From Ignavibacteriales bacterium (GTDB lineage Bacteria; Bacteroidota; Ignavibacteria; Ignavibacteriales; Melioribacteraceae), in the NCBI GenBank assembly GCA_021740915.1, contig JAIOYW010000024.1, positions 17,705-49,704 of the forward strand: 32,000 bases of DNA, given 5' to 3'. How positions within the stretch are numbered: the first letter of the stretch is position 1; each line of letters opens with the position of its first letter. Shown one piece after another: positions 9,737 to 19,129 of this stretch. The position numbers were made by a program, and so were the translations under genes. The notes below the pieces were generated by a model that was not told the DNA's origin, made no database searches, and was given only the letters and a program-made list of their open reading frames with translations.

Positions 9737-11263
9737 TTATTTCTTTTTGTTTTTTAACTGTTTTTGTAATTCTCTGCCTTTTTCGGTGAGGTGGTATTTT
9801 TGGTTTGGGTCATTGGGATTATCGGGGATTGTCATTTCAATCCAACTTTCTTCAATAGCGGGTTGAATATATGAGTAAATAAATGTAGGTCTGTGTTTTA
9901 AATCCAGTTTTTCCATTATTTCTTGCCTCGACATTTCATTTAGCATAATCAGTAAAAGCCTTTTTACTTGTTCGGTAGCTTGTTCGGTAGCTTGTTCGGT
10001 AGCTTGTTCGGTAGCTTGTTCGGTAGCTTGCGGGGCAACTTGGTCGGTAACTTGTTTCTTTCGCCATATAATTGAATTAAAAGTTTCGTTCTGAATAAAT
10101 TCAGGTTCTTTAAGTCCTGCTTCGCGGCAGGTTTTGATCATGTCGGGGATACCGGTCCCCATACGCTCGATATACCCTGCAAGATACATGGGTTCCGCCA
10201 GAAGAGGATTGGCCGGAAACGAACCATGTGCTTTTTTAAGCTGTTCAATGGTCAGGCTGTAAGGAAGCTGCCCCGGGTTCCAAACTTCGAGCCGGTTGCG
10301 GAAAATCATTACCTGTATTGAGCCGTTACTGGCATAATCGCGGTGGGCAACTGCATTCACGATGGCTTCTGTAATGGCAGAACGGGGAATTTCATACTGC
10401 GTGGTTACATCTACCGTCTGACTGCGATCGCCAACGGCAAGGTCAATCCTTGACATTACAAAATCAACTGCCTGGTCAACCAATTGAAAAACATCGCCTT
10501 TATAAACCTGATAGGAAGGAATCGGTTTTTCCACATCATAACCATAAAACAAAGCGCAACGCAGTTCGGAAGTTATAAAGAAACGCTGCGGCTGCCGGCC
10601 AAAGAGAAGAACGGCAGCATTCGTAAGTTTGCCGTGTTTCAATAAATTGAGATGTGTAAGGATTTTCCGGGGCTCTTCATCGGGCGAAAGCGGGAAACCT
10701 CGTTTACTTTGAGCTGCAAGAACAAACCAGCGGATACGTTCCGGATCGATATCACTCAGCAAAGCATCTTTGCATATAGAAGCATCAAAAGGACCGGTAC
10801 GGATCAGTTCCTTTTCTTCCAGTAGATTCACGAGAGCAGAATAAACAGCGGTTTTGAGTTCGAATTCGTCGCTGAACTGTTTCCGCACAACCACATTTTC
10901 AGCTTTCATGATCAATTGTTTTTCTTTGGGATGGCGCAGATTTTCAGCGTGATTTGAAATGAAAATAAGGCGGATTTTATGTAATTCAGAAGCACAGTCA
11001 AATTCAAGTTCGGCTGGTGAAAGACCATCGGAGTTTTCAGAACCGTAATTTCTGCCAAAAATTCCCAGGTAAACATCGCAGCGTTGAACCTGTCCGAGAT
11101 AAGCAGAGGAAGCAGAAATGTCCTTTGCAGGCAGCATTTCGAAAATGAAAGGTTCGAAAAAACGTCCAAGCAGGGCGTCGTAGCTTATGTAAGTAAAAAG
11201 CATCTGCCTTTCAGAGGTGAATTCGGATTGTACACTGCTGATAAATAACTTCAATTTGTTCAT
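9737..11263 (-). CDS. DUF4062-like N-terminal domain fused to a Schlafen/AlbA_2-related region, HATPase_c_4 domain and C-terminal winged-helix (COG2865-type 'RecG-like' putative regulator)
   Basis: N-terminus KLFISSVQSEFTSERQ...FEPFIFE matches the DUF4062 pattern. The middle has LTNAAVLLFGRQPQRFF. The HATPase_c_4-like part reads EAIVNAVAHRDYASNGSIQVMIFRNRLEVWNPGQLP...ANPLLAEPMY..GYIERMGTGIPDMI. The C-terminus is wHTH-like (KYHLTEKGRELQ). Confidence 0.7.
   Translation of the reverse strand: MNKLKLFISSVQSEFTSERQMLFTYISYDALLGRFFEPFIFEMLPAKDISASSAYLGQVQRCDVYLGIFGRNYGSENSDGLSPAELEFDCASELHKIRLIFISNHAENLRHPKEKQLIMKAENVVVRKQFSDEFELKTAVYSALVNLLEEKELIRTGPFDASICKDALLSDIDPERIRWFVLAAQSKRGFPLSPDEEPRKILTHLNLLKHGKLTNAAVLLFGRQPQRFFITSELRCALFYGYDVEKPIPSYQVYKGDVFQLVDQAVDFVMSRIDLAVGDRSQTVDVTTQYEIPRSAITEAIVNAVAHRDYASNGSIQVMIFRNRLEVWNPGQLPYSLTIEQLKKAHGSFPANPLLAEPMYLAGYIERMGTGIPDMIKTCREAGLKEPEFIQNETFNSIIWRKKQVTDQVAPQATEQATEQATEQATEQATEQVKRLLLIMLNEMSRQEIMEKLDLKHRPTFIYSYIQPAIEESWIEMTIPDNPNDPNQKYHLTEKGRELQKQLKNKKK
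9967..10026. repeat. 12-bp tandem repeat CTTGTTCGGTAG x5 (perfect), followed by 2-3 degenerate units to ~10062
   Basis: Read directly. It is in frame and encodes (ATEQ)x5, preceded by the degenerate units VTDQ and VAPQ in the 508-aa protein. Confidence 0.95.
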
Positions 11264-12126
11264 ATACCTACTATACCGGACTGTTTAAATTTACATTCTC
11301 TAAACACTTATGTGTTATGTAAACATTGTTAAAGTTGCTGCATATACCGACTAAAGCACCTGTAATTAATTCGGATAGGTTGGTTTTTTCACCGGGTTGT
11401 TTTTAAAAAAAACTAAACCGATCCCGCAATTCAGTGATTTTTTTTGCACTTTTTATTTATTTTGACATTTATCAGACTAAAATATTAATATATATCAGTT
11501 TATCAAGTGCAAACGGCTCTTGTGAATCTGCCCAATTTAACATCAAAAGGATACAGTTCTGATCAATCATGCTGATTTCAGAATTTTTATGCAATGGGTG
11601 TAAAAAGATAACATTCGGGACATTAATGAATTCCCGACTGATTGGAAGCAAAGATTGGTGATCTTTCCGTCAGTTCTTATTATCATCGCCAATACATTTT
11701 TCTGCTTTTTCCATCAATTTGCTGTATCATTATCTTTTCCCAGCAGCCTCCGGTATCCCTCGATAAACAATGTGTTCAGTAAAAATATTATTCACATTTA
11801 TTTCTATTTATGAAGCAAATTAACACAATAATTTTAAGAAGGCAAGAAGAATAAACGGATACTTTAAGATTGTCGGGGGTTGAAAAATCCGCTGAATATC
11901 AGACAAATAGTACTATTTTCCAATAAAATATTACCCGGGATGCTCCAATTATTGAGGGGTAATAGTATTCAACTTCAGCAATGTGGAAATGCGTCAGGGC
12001 TGGAGCCGGGGCTGCGGTTAGGATATGAACTCTGCTGCTCCCCGGGCAGGAGACCAGGGTTAAATTGATGATTGCTCAAGTCCTGTTTAACATTTATTTT
12101 TGGTCTTTGACAGTTGGAAAAAATCT

Positions 12127-14877
12127 ATGAGTATCTACAATATGCCTTCACAGATTCAGAGATATTTGATCGAATTGAGGGCACCAAAATCGTTCTCTTT
12201 CATTCCGCTTTTAATAGTGTTTCTGGTTCAAAGTTTACCCGCTCAGCCGGCAGGGGACTGGAAAGATACCGGATACGGCGAGTGGAAGGTGTTTCATATC
12301 GCAAACAGCCCATTCCCTTATAAGCCTTCAGATGACCCTGCCTTTAATGATAACAGTTGTTATGTCTTTATTCCGGAAGGTTTTATCCGAAAAGATTATG
12401 TGGATTATGTAATAGATCATCACGGACACGGGGCAATTGTTGATCCTGAGAACACAGAACAGTTCTCGTATGTTGAATTGTTCAGGCAGGATTATCAGCT
12501 TTATTCTTCAGGCAAAAACGCAATTCTTATTATGCCTCAGGCTGCAAGAAATAAATCGAGCGGAGCAATGGGCAGCTTTGCAGAATTCAACAAAGCATCG
12601 GAATTTGTCGATGAGATAACTTCGCTTCTGATAAGCGGAAACAAACTGAACCCCGGGACAGTCCCACGGAAAATTTTCCTGAATTCATTCAGCGGCGGAT
12701 ACCAGATAACGGCTTCGCATATATCCAATAATGACAGTTCATATATTAAAAAAATCGGAGGAATTACTCTCTGGGATTCGTATTACGGCAACGAAAAGGA
12801 ATATATGGATTACGTCCTCAGCCGCCGGGGTTATTTTCTCAACTTTTTCACTCCTTACGGAGGGACATTATACCTCTCGGAGAAGATGCTTGATTCACTG
12901 AGGGGATTATCAATTCCGACTGACAGTGTTTTTAATGCTTATGCGGAGCTTCCGCAGATTCTTATAAATGCAACGCATAAAAGGCATTTTGATGTATCGA
13001 GGGCAAATGCAATTTATGGCAGAGTGCTTCAAAAACTCCCTCTCGATGATATCGGGCGGCTGCCGGCGCCGCAAATTATTTCCGCTTTACAGGCGGATGG
13101 GGAAATATTGCTTCGGGTTTACGTGCCCGAAACTGATATTGAAAGGAATGTGAAAATCACAACTCGTAATTCAGCAGGTCCGGGGAGTGTTTTTTCTGCC
13201 GGGAAAGGTATCAGCAATTTTGAATTTCCGCAGGAAGGTCTCACTGAAATTTCGATTTCGGAAGCAGGATCAGAAGCCGGGGATAACGACCCTGTTTTCA
13301 GTATAAGATCGGGGGAGCAAAAACCGGAACTGCTTTTTGTTAATTCCGCAACGAAAAAGTTTGATTACAGCAAACGCACCTGGGAACAGAAGGAATTTAT
13401 TGCGCGTGATCTGAGTCCTTTCGTCCGGGATTTTATGGCTTCAGGAAATCCGTCTGCTGATTATGCCGATCTGGATGCTGTTACGAATGGAATCGTAAGT
13501 CTGTCTGATTACCGTTACGTCCTCTGGTTTACGGGAGATAACGGACGTGAGGATAAAATATACGATAATCCCGGAACTGCACAAATACGCGATTATCTTT
13601 CACAGGGCGGAAATCTGCTGCTTGCCGGATCAGGAATTGCCGATGATATCGGCACGGGTTCGACCGGAAAAGTTACGAAGGACTTTGCCCTTGAGCATTT
13701 CGGTATAAATGGTATGGCAGATACAGCCGCGGCAGAAATTGTAACGGAATCGAAAGCAGGACTGCACAAATATCCGGTTACCGGATTAGTGGGTTTAGGG
13801 GCTGCCGTTGAACCGCTTTATGCACAGCCGGGAAAATCAGTTTTTGTTTCCTTCATGAAAAAAGAAATTGCGGGCAAAACAAGTTCAGCTATGGCTGCCG
13901 TTTTTGAACCCGATCAGGCGAGCAGCGGGGCGTTTTCAGCACTTGTGGGTGATTTTATGAGACTCGCAGAAACAATGCCGGTTACACCTCCTCCTCCAAC
14001 TCTCCCGGATGAACTTGCTTTTATTGACGGGAAAGTTATTATGGGCGGCTATTCCAATGCCGATAGTTTCCTTATCACATTTTATTCATCTGCTAAACAG
14101 AAACTCGGGGATACTCTTGTTATCAATCCTGCTGAATTTGAGTTCCCGATGCAGACAAAGGTCTTTTTCAGGATACAGCCGGTATCGGGAAGGATGACAG
14201 GGCAGGGAAGCGAAATGTTAGGCGGGATAGCCGGCATTAACGGAAAAAAAGCGCTTATAGTTAACGGCTATGACCGCGCGACAGGTCATAATGACCGGGA
14301 TTATGCGGTTGAGCATATTACATCGCTGGAAAACTCAGGTTTTTCTTTCGATTTTGCATCAAATGAATATTTTATGAGCGGGAATATTGACCTGACGCAG
14401 TACCAGCTTATTGACTGGATTGCCGGTGAGGAAAGCACAGAGGATAAAACATTCAGTCCCGGCGAGCAGGATAAGCTGAGGAATTATGTGGAAGCAGGCG
14501 GCAGACTGATTGTCTCAGGAAGCGAGATCGGCTGGGATCTCTGGGAAAATTCACGTTCAGAAAATGGCAGGAAGTTCATAAGAGAAGTTTTTGGCATCAG
14601 TTATATTTCGGATGATGCGGATACATACATTGCAATTGCAGGCAGGGACACGCTTCAGTTCGGGACTAATTATTCAGTTCATTATCCCGATGCATATCAG
14701 GCGCTGCCCGGTTCGGAAGTCCTTGCCAATTATCCGAACGGACATGCTTCTATAATCGGCATGAAACATTCCGGCGGGGGCAGAACTGTTTTCGGCGGGT
14801 TCCCGTTCGATTCTCTGAAGGATGCCGGTTCACGAAATTTATTATTTTTACGCGTTATTAATTTTTTATTTGATTAG
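12127..14877 (+). CDS. large secreted protein of unknown function with an esterase-like N-terminal region and two paralogous C-terminal domains
   Basis: Signal-peptide-like FSFIPLLIVFLVQSLPAQPA. Has a near GxSxG motif (NSFSGGYQ). Internal duplication: YRYVLWFTGDNGREDK..IRDYLSQGGNLLLAGSGIADDI versus YQLIDWIAGEESTEDK..LRNYVEAGGRLIVSGSEIGWDL. ATG at 12127 is preferred to TTG at 12100. Confidence 0.6.
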   Translation: MSIYNMPSQIQRYLIELRAPKSFSFIPLLIVFLVQSLPAQPAGDWKDTGYGEWKVFHIANSPFPYKPSDDPAFNDNSCYVFIPEGFIRKDYVDYVIDHHGHGAIVDPENTEQFSYVELFRQDYQLYSSGKNAILIMPQAARNKSSGAMGSFAEFNKASEFVDEITSLLISGNKLNPGTVPRKIFLNSFSGGYQITASHISNNDSSYIKKIGGITLWDSYYGNEKEYMDYVLSRRGYFLNFFTPYGGTLYLSEKMLDSLRGLSIPTDSVFNAYAELPQILINATHKRHFDVSRANAIYGRVLQKLPLDDIGRLPAPQIISALQADGEILLRVYVPETDIERNVKITTRNSAGPGSVFSAGKGISNFEFPQEGLTEISISEAGSEAGDNDPVFSIRSGEQKPELLFVNSATKKFDYSKRTWEQKEFIARDLSPFVRDFMASGNPSADYADLDAVTNGIVSLSDYRYVLWFTGDNGREDKIYDNPGTAQIRDYLSQGGNLLLAGSGIADDIGTGSTGKVTKDFALEHFGINGMADTAAAEIVTESKAGLHKYPVTGLVGLGAAVEPLYAQPGKSVFVSFMKKEIAGKTSSAMAAVFEPDQASSGAFSALVGDFMRLAETMPVTPPPPTLPDELAFIDGKVIMGGYSNADSFLITFYSSAKQKLGDTLVINPAEFEFPMQTKVFFRIQPVSGRMTGQGSEMLGGIAGINGKKALIVNGYDRATGHNDRDYAVEHITSLENSGFSFDFASNEYFMSGNIDLTQYQLIDWIAGEESTEDKTFSPGEQDKLRNYVEAGGRLIVSGSEIGWDLWENSRSENGRKFIREVFGISYISDDADTYIAIAGRDTLQFGTNYSVHYPDAYQALPGSEVLANYPNGHASIIGMKHSGGGRTVFGGFPFDSLKDAGSRNLLFLRVINFLFD

Positions 14878-14878
14878 T

Positions 14879-15649
14879 ATGTGCCTGATAGTTTTTGCAA
14901 TTAATACCCATAAGCATTATAAACTTATTGTTGCCGCCAACCGCGATGAGTTTTTTGAAAGACCTGCAGAACCTGTGCATCTGTGGAATCATTCCACTAC
15001 GCTCTATGCCGGAAAAGACCTTAAAGCAGGGGGAACCTGGATGGGGATCAACGAGCAGGGCAGGTTTGCCGCTATTACAAATTACCGTGACGGAAGGGAA
15101 TTCGGGAAAAAATATCCCGTTTCGAGGGGCAGGATCGTTACCGATTTTTTTACATATAATGGAACGCCGAATGCTTACTTAGGAGAGATTGATGCAGGCA
15201 AGGATAAGTATGCAGGGTTCAATCTGCTTGCGGGGGATGCCGGTAAAATTTTCTATTACTCGAACAGAGGCGGCGGAAAGTCGATGCTGGATAAAGGTGT
15301 GTTCGGATTGAGCAACGCTTTTCTTAATACTCCCTGGTTCAAGGTATCGAAAACGATTGCTTCATTTAAAAAGCTTTTGAAGAGTGAAGAGTTTGAGCCT
15401 GCCGCAGTGTTCGATATCCTCGCGGAAACGAGCAAAGCCCCTCCGGAAGAACTTCCCGATACACATATTCCCGCTGAACTTGAGTATAAACTCTCTTCTC
15501 CATTTATCAATTTTGAGGGATACGGCACACGATCGGGCACAGTGCTTACTGTTGACCAGTCGGACAGGGTCATTATAATTGAGAAGACTTACGGGCAGGA
15601 CGGTGCAGAGCAATTTGAAACAAAGGCGGAATTTACGATTATGAGTTAG
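14879..15649 (+). CDS. NRDE-family protein (DUF833 / TANGO2-like)
   Basis: N-terminus is MCLIVFA...KLIVAANRDEFFERP, the family-defining NRDE motif with Cys2. ATG at 14879 starts 1 nt after the upstream TAG, and the 14822 start would overlap the upstream gene. Confidence 0.8.
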   Translation: MCLIVFAINTHKHYKLIVAANRDEFFERPAEPVHLWNHSTTLYAGKDLKAGGTWMGINEQGRFAAITNYRDGREFGKKYPVSRGRIVTDFFTYNGTPNAYLGEIDAGKDKYAGFNLLAGDAGKIFYYSNRGGGKSMLDKGVFGLSNAFLNTPWFKVSKTIASFKKLLKSEEFEPAAVFDILAETSKAPPEELPDTHIPAELEYKLSSPFINFEGYGTRSGTVLTVDQSDRVIIIEKTYGQDGAEQFETKAEFTIMS

Positions 15650-15720
15650 AAAGTTCATCAAGTTAGAAAGTTGCAAGTTGCAAGGCAGAAAATAGAATTT
15701 AGAAGGCAGAAGTTAGAAGT
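15645..15720. repeat. left boundary repeat (GTTAGAAAGTT-type), direct repeat of 28781-28871
   Basis: 15645-15679 is identical over 35 nt to 28781-28815 (GTTAGAAAGTTCATCAAGTTAGAAAGTTGCAAGTT). The next ~40 nt are related (AGGCAGAA..TAGAATTTAGAAG..GCAGAAGTT). The repeat starts 2 nt before the NRDE TAG stop. Confidence 0.85.
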
Positions 15721-15896
15721 AAAAAAATAAGTAACTTGTCTGCGGCAGGCAGGTTTCGAAGCACTGGTTTGTGATGCAATACGATGAAGTTTAGGCGGGG
15801 CAGAATTTTCTTTTGCAAGTTTTGGTCTTGATCGGCAGCTCGTGTGGGGCGGGAAAAGCTATGGTGCTTGAAGATGAGCTTATGACTGGGAACTGG

Positions 15897-18800
15897 CTAA
15901 TATCGTCCATAAATGCTCATTCCTCCTCCAAAATATTGATGTTTCAAATGTTCATAAACCAAATTTGTCCTTAAATCAATATCATCTGTCTGATAAGTTG
16001 GATAAGGCAAAACTTCAAAAAGCGTTTTGTTTACATAGTTAAAAACTGCTGCTGCTGTTACTGATTTATCAGCCCATTGGTCAACTCTTAATTTTTCTTT
16101 TTTCAATTCTTCCAATAGCTCAATCGAAATTTTCTTTATCTCGTTCTTTTCTTTTTCTTCAAGTTTCTTGCCTTGTCTAAGAATATCGAAAATTGCTTTT
16201 TGCTCATCAGTCAATCCTTCTCGTTTGGTGTCGGCTTCTTCTTCAGAATACGAGTTTACAAGTTCAATCAGTTTTCTGAAAGTCTCTTTTATTACAACTT
16301 CGTCCTTTCCTCTATTGTATTCTTCAATGATTTCCTGATAGCGTTTATAATAATCAACTGTCAAAGGATTTCGTTCAACCATTAGTTTTAATTGCTTTTC
16401 AATCTTGTCTTTGAGCGACTGAACAACAGTATTTTTATTCTTTGTTTTCAAAAAGTACTGCTCTAATAATTCAAAATTCAATCCGCTCAGGTCAATGATT
16501 TTCTCCTCGTTGTGGCTTGGTTCGGCAACCATATTTTCTATAGATTCATCAACAACGGCTTGGATTTTTTTCATTATATCTGCAACATCTGCACTTTCTA
16601 CATTGTCCTCAATTGCAGAGTAGATTACATCAATTGCATTTTTTCTTGAAGCATATTGATTTAATACTTTGTCAGGTTGCAGGGCTTTGTATTTCTTGAA
16701 AACCTCTCTTGCCAAAATCTGAAATTTTCGTTTGGTTTCATCATTGGTGTAAACTGCATTTACTGCTTTTTCCATTGCAGCTAATTTGTGTAAGCCTTCT
16801 GCTTTGATTAATTCCTGCAAATCAAAATTTACTTCGTCTTGTAAAAAAGTTTCAGTTGCCTCTAATGCTTCTTCTAATTGCTTGATTAGTTCTTCCTTCG
16901 GTTTTACAGGTGGCTCGGGTTTTTCGTCTCCACCGTTTCCACCTTCATCACCGCCAGAACCGTAAATAGCCAAAGCATCTAATAAAGCAGTATAAGTTTC
17001 AATATAATCTACAATCAAACCATTGTTTTTTCCTTCACTTATTCGGTTGGCTCTTGCAATGGCTTGCATTAAAGTATGTGATTTTAAAGGCTTGTCTAAA
17101 TACAAAGTTGATAGAGTTGGCACGTCAAAACCTGTAATCCACATTGCACAAACAATTACAAAACGGAATGGGTCGTCCTCGTCTTTAAACCTAGTTTCAA
17201 GGTCTTGGGTGTTCATTTTCTCCCTATGCGGTTCAATATCCAGATCCCATTTCTGAAACTTCTGTATTTCGTTTTGCTCCGGACTTACAACAACACAGAT
17301 TTCGGTCTCCTTAATCCATTTCAAATCCCGGCTTTTCTCCAGTAATTCCTGGTCACCATATTTCCCTCTGGAAACTACTTTTTCTAACTGCTCAACATAC
17401 TTTTTCCAATGTTTAGTGATAAGATCATACATTCTTACGGCTGTGAGTTTATCCAATGCGATAAACATTCCTTTGCCTTTATAGCCGCGTTTGCAGAAAT
17501 GCCATACGACATCTTTTGCAATAGCATCCAATCTTTTAAAGGCTGTCAGAATAGGATATTCTCGGTCAAAAAGCTGCTCAACTCTGCTGTACTGGTCACT
17601 GTCCAAATCTTCGCTTTCAGCATCAATTACGGCGCGTATCTGATCATTGATAACCGGATTTTTCAATCCCAGGTACTCGCCCCGGTTTTCGTAATAAAGC
17701 GGAACGGTTGCACCATCATCAACACTTCGTTTGAAATCGTATCGGGAAACATAATCACCAAAAATCCGCTTGGTAATTTCATCATCTTTGAAAAGTGGTG
17801 TTCCAGTAAAGCCAATAAATGAAGCGTTTGGCAAGGCATTACGCAAATTCATTGCTAAATTTCCGCCTTGTGTTCGGTGTGCTTCATCTGAAATGACAAT
17901 GATATTATCCCGTTTTGTTATTTCTTCTTCAAAGTTGAATTTGTGAATGAGTGTAAACAAATATCGGTGTTCCGAACTCAATAATTCTTTCAAATGCTTT
18001 CCACTGTTAGCTTTCAATGAATCTTTTGAACCAGATTTTACTTGCGGAACTGCACCAATTCCGCTAAATGTGCCGTAAATCTGTGTGTCTAATTCGTTTC
18101 GGTCGGTAACAATCAGAAAAGTATAACTACCTGTAAATTTGTGATGGATTTTTTGGCAGAAGAAAACCATTGAATATGATTTACCACTTCCTTGCGTATG
18201 CCAAAACACCCCAAGTTTTTGTTTTTCCTCTAAACTGATTTTGCCCAGTTTGTAGAGTTGTTCTTTATGCTGTATGTTTTCAATGGCTTTGTTTACTCCT
18301 ATAAACTGATGGTTTCGGGCAATAAGTTTTACAACTTTGCCCAATGAATTATCAAACAGAATGAAGTTTTCAAATAAATCTAAAAAGCGTTTTTTCTCGC
18401 AAACTCCTACAATTATTCTATCTAAAGCTACAATGCCTTCGTCTTCTTCGGTGATGCGTTTCCATTCGTGAAAGTGCTGATATTTGCCAGTAACGCTTCC
18501 AATGCGGCTTTCTATTCCGTTACTCAACATTACAAAAGCATTGTAATAAAAGAGTTTTGGTATTACATCTTTGTAATTGGTGAAATTATCGTTGTAGGCG
18601 TTTTCTAATTTACGATGCGCTGCTTTCAGTTCAATGAATAATAGAGGAATGCCATTTACAAAACCAATAATATCGGGTCTGCGTTCCCGGTTGCTTTTGC
18701 CCTGAATCCACAGTTGGCGAACAGCCAGAAAGTTGTTGTTGTCGGCATTGTCAAAATCAAAAACCTTTAGCGTTTTGTTCTTAACCTGTTCGCCTTTCTC

Positions 18801-19127
18801 GTTGATAAAGTCAACAGGAATACCGTTTCTTAATAATTGGTGTTTTTCAAAATTTATTTCAGCTAATGACTTGGTAATGCTTTCTTCAATCAGTTTTTCG
18901 TAGGCTTGGTTGTATGCTGGTTCCGGTAAATTGGGATTGAACTGTTTCAATTTTTCAAAGAAAATCTTTTTGATGACAACTTCCTTTTTGTTTAACCTAC
19001 CCAAAGTGCTGCCTTCGCCAAAACTTTCTTTGTTGTAGGCTAATAGCGTATCCCAACCCAACTGATTGAAAAATAAATCAATCGCTGTTTGTTCTATTAA
19101 ATTATCTTCTGAATATTCCCAAGTCAT
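15897..19127 (-). CDS. hsdR: Type I restriction enzyme R subunit (HsdR)
   Basis: N-terminus MTWEYSEDNLIEQTAIDLFFNQLGWDT. Nuclease motif RPDIIGFVNGIPLLFIELK. Walker A WHTQGSGKS and DEAH box VISDEAHRTQ. 1076 aa. Confidence 0.93.
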   Translation of the reverse strand: MTWEYSEDNLIEQTAIDLFFNQLGWDTLLAYNKESFGEGSTLGRLNKKEVVIKKIFFEKLKQFNPNLPEPAYNQAYEKLIEESITKSLAEINFEKHQLLRNGIPVDFINEKGEQVKNKTLKVFDFDNADNNNFLAVRQLWIQGKSNRERRPDIIGFVNGIPLLFIELKAAHRKLENAYNDNFTNYKDVIPKLFYYNAFVMLSNGIESRIGSVTGKYQHFHEWKRITEEDEGIVALDRIIVGVCEKKRFLDLFENFILFDNSLGKVVKLIARNHQFIGVNKAIENIQHKEQLYKLGKISLEEKQKLGVFWHTQGSGKSYSMVFFCQKIHHKFTGSYTFLIVTDRNELDTQIYGTFSGIGAVPQVKSGSKDSLKANSGKHLKELLSSEHRYLFTLIHKFNFEEEITKRDNIIVISDEAHRTQGGNLAMNLRNALPNASFIGFTGTPLFKDDEITKRIFGDYVSRYDFKRSVDDGATVPLYYENRGEYLGLKNPVINDQIRAVIDAESEDLDSDQYSRVEQLFDREYPILTAFKRLDAIAKDVVWHFCKRGYKGKGMFIALDKLTAVRMYDLITKHWKKYVEQLEKVVSRGKYGDQELLEKSRDLKWIKETEICVVVSPEQNEIQKFQKWDLDIEPHREKMNTQDLETRFKDEDDPFRFVIVCAMWITGFDVPTLSTLYLDKPLKSHTLMQAIARANRISEGKNNGLIVDYIETYTALLDALAIYGSGGDEGGNGGDEKPEPPVKPKEELIKQLEEALEATETFLQDEVNFDLQELIKAEGLHKLAAMEKAVNAVYTNDETKRKFQILAREVFKKYKALQPDKVLNQYASRKNAIDVIYSAIEDNVESADVADIMKKIQAVVDESIENMVAEPSHNEEKIIDLSGLNFELLEQYFLKTKNKNTVVQSLKDKIEKQLKLMVERNPLTVDYYKRYQEIIEEYNRGKDEVVIKETFRKLIELVNSYSEEEADTKREGLTDEQKAIFDILRQGKKLEEKEKNEIKKISIELLEELKKEKLRVDQWADKSVTAAAVFNYVNKTLFEVLPYPTYQTDDIDLRTNLVYEHLKHQYFGGGMSIYGRY

Positions 19128-19129
19128 AG

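Noticed and set aside
11880-12068. 62-aa ORF in the long intergenic region
   Set aside because: It has a non-ATG start, a Gly/Arg/Pro-rich composition driven by a local GC patch, and no ribosome-binding site. It is treated as non-coding sequence of possible regulatory interest instead.
14822-14878. Longer 275-aa version of the NRDE gene starting at 14822
   Set aside because: It would overlap the upstream gene by 56 nt. The family characteristically starts Met-Cys, and MCLIVF begins at 14879, directly after the upstream stop.
15256-15676. Two ~105-aa minus-strand ORFs overlapping the NRDE gene
   Set aside because: They are antisense to a gene with a clear family signature and have no motifs of their own.
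15721-15896. Possible tRNA or tRNA fragment as the integration target at the left island boundary
   Set aside because: I could not fold any cloverleaf or find conserved tRNA T-arm/D-arm motifs by eye. The boundary repeat overlaps the 3' end of the NRDE gene instead.
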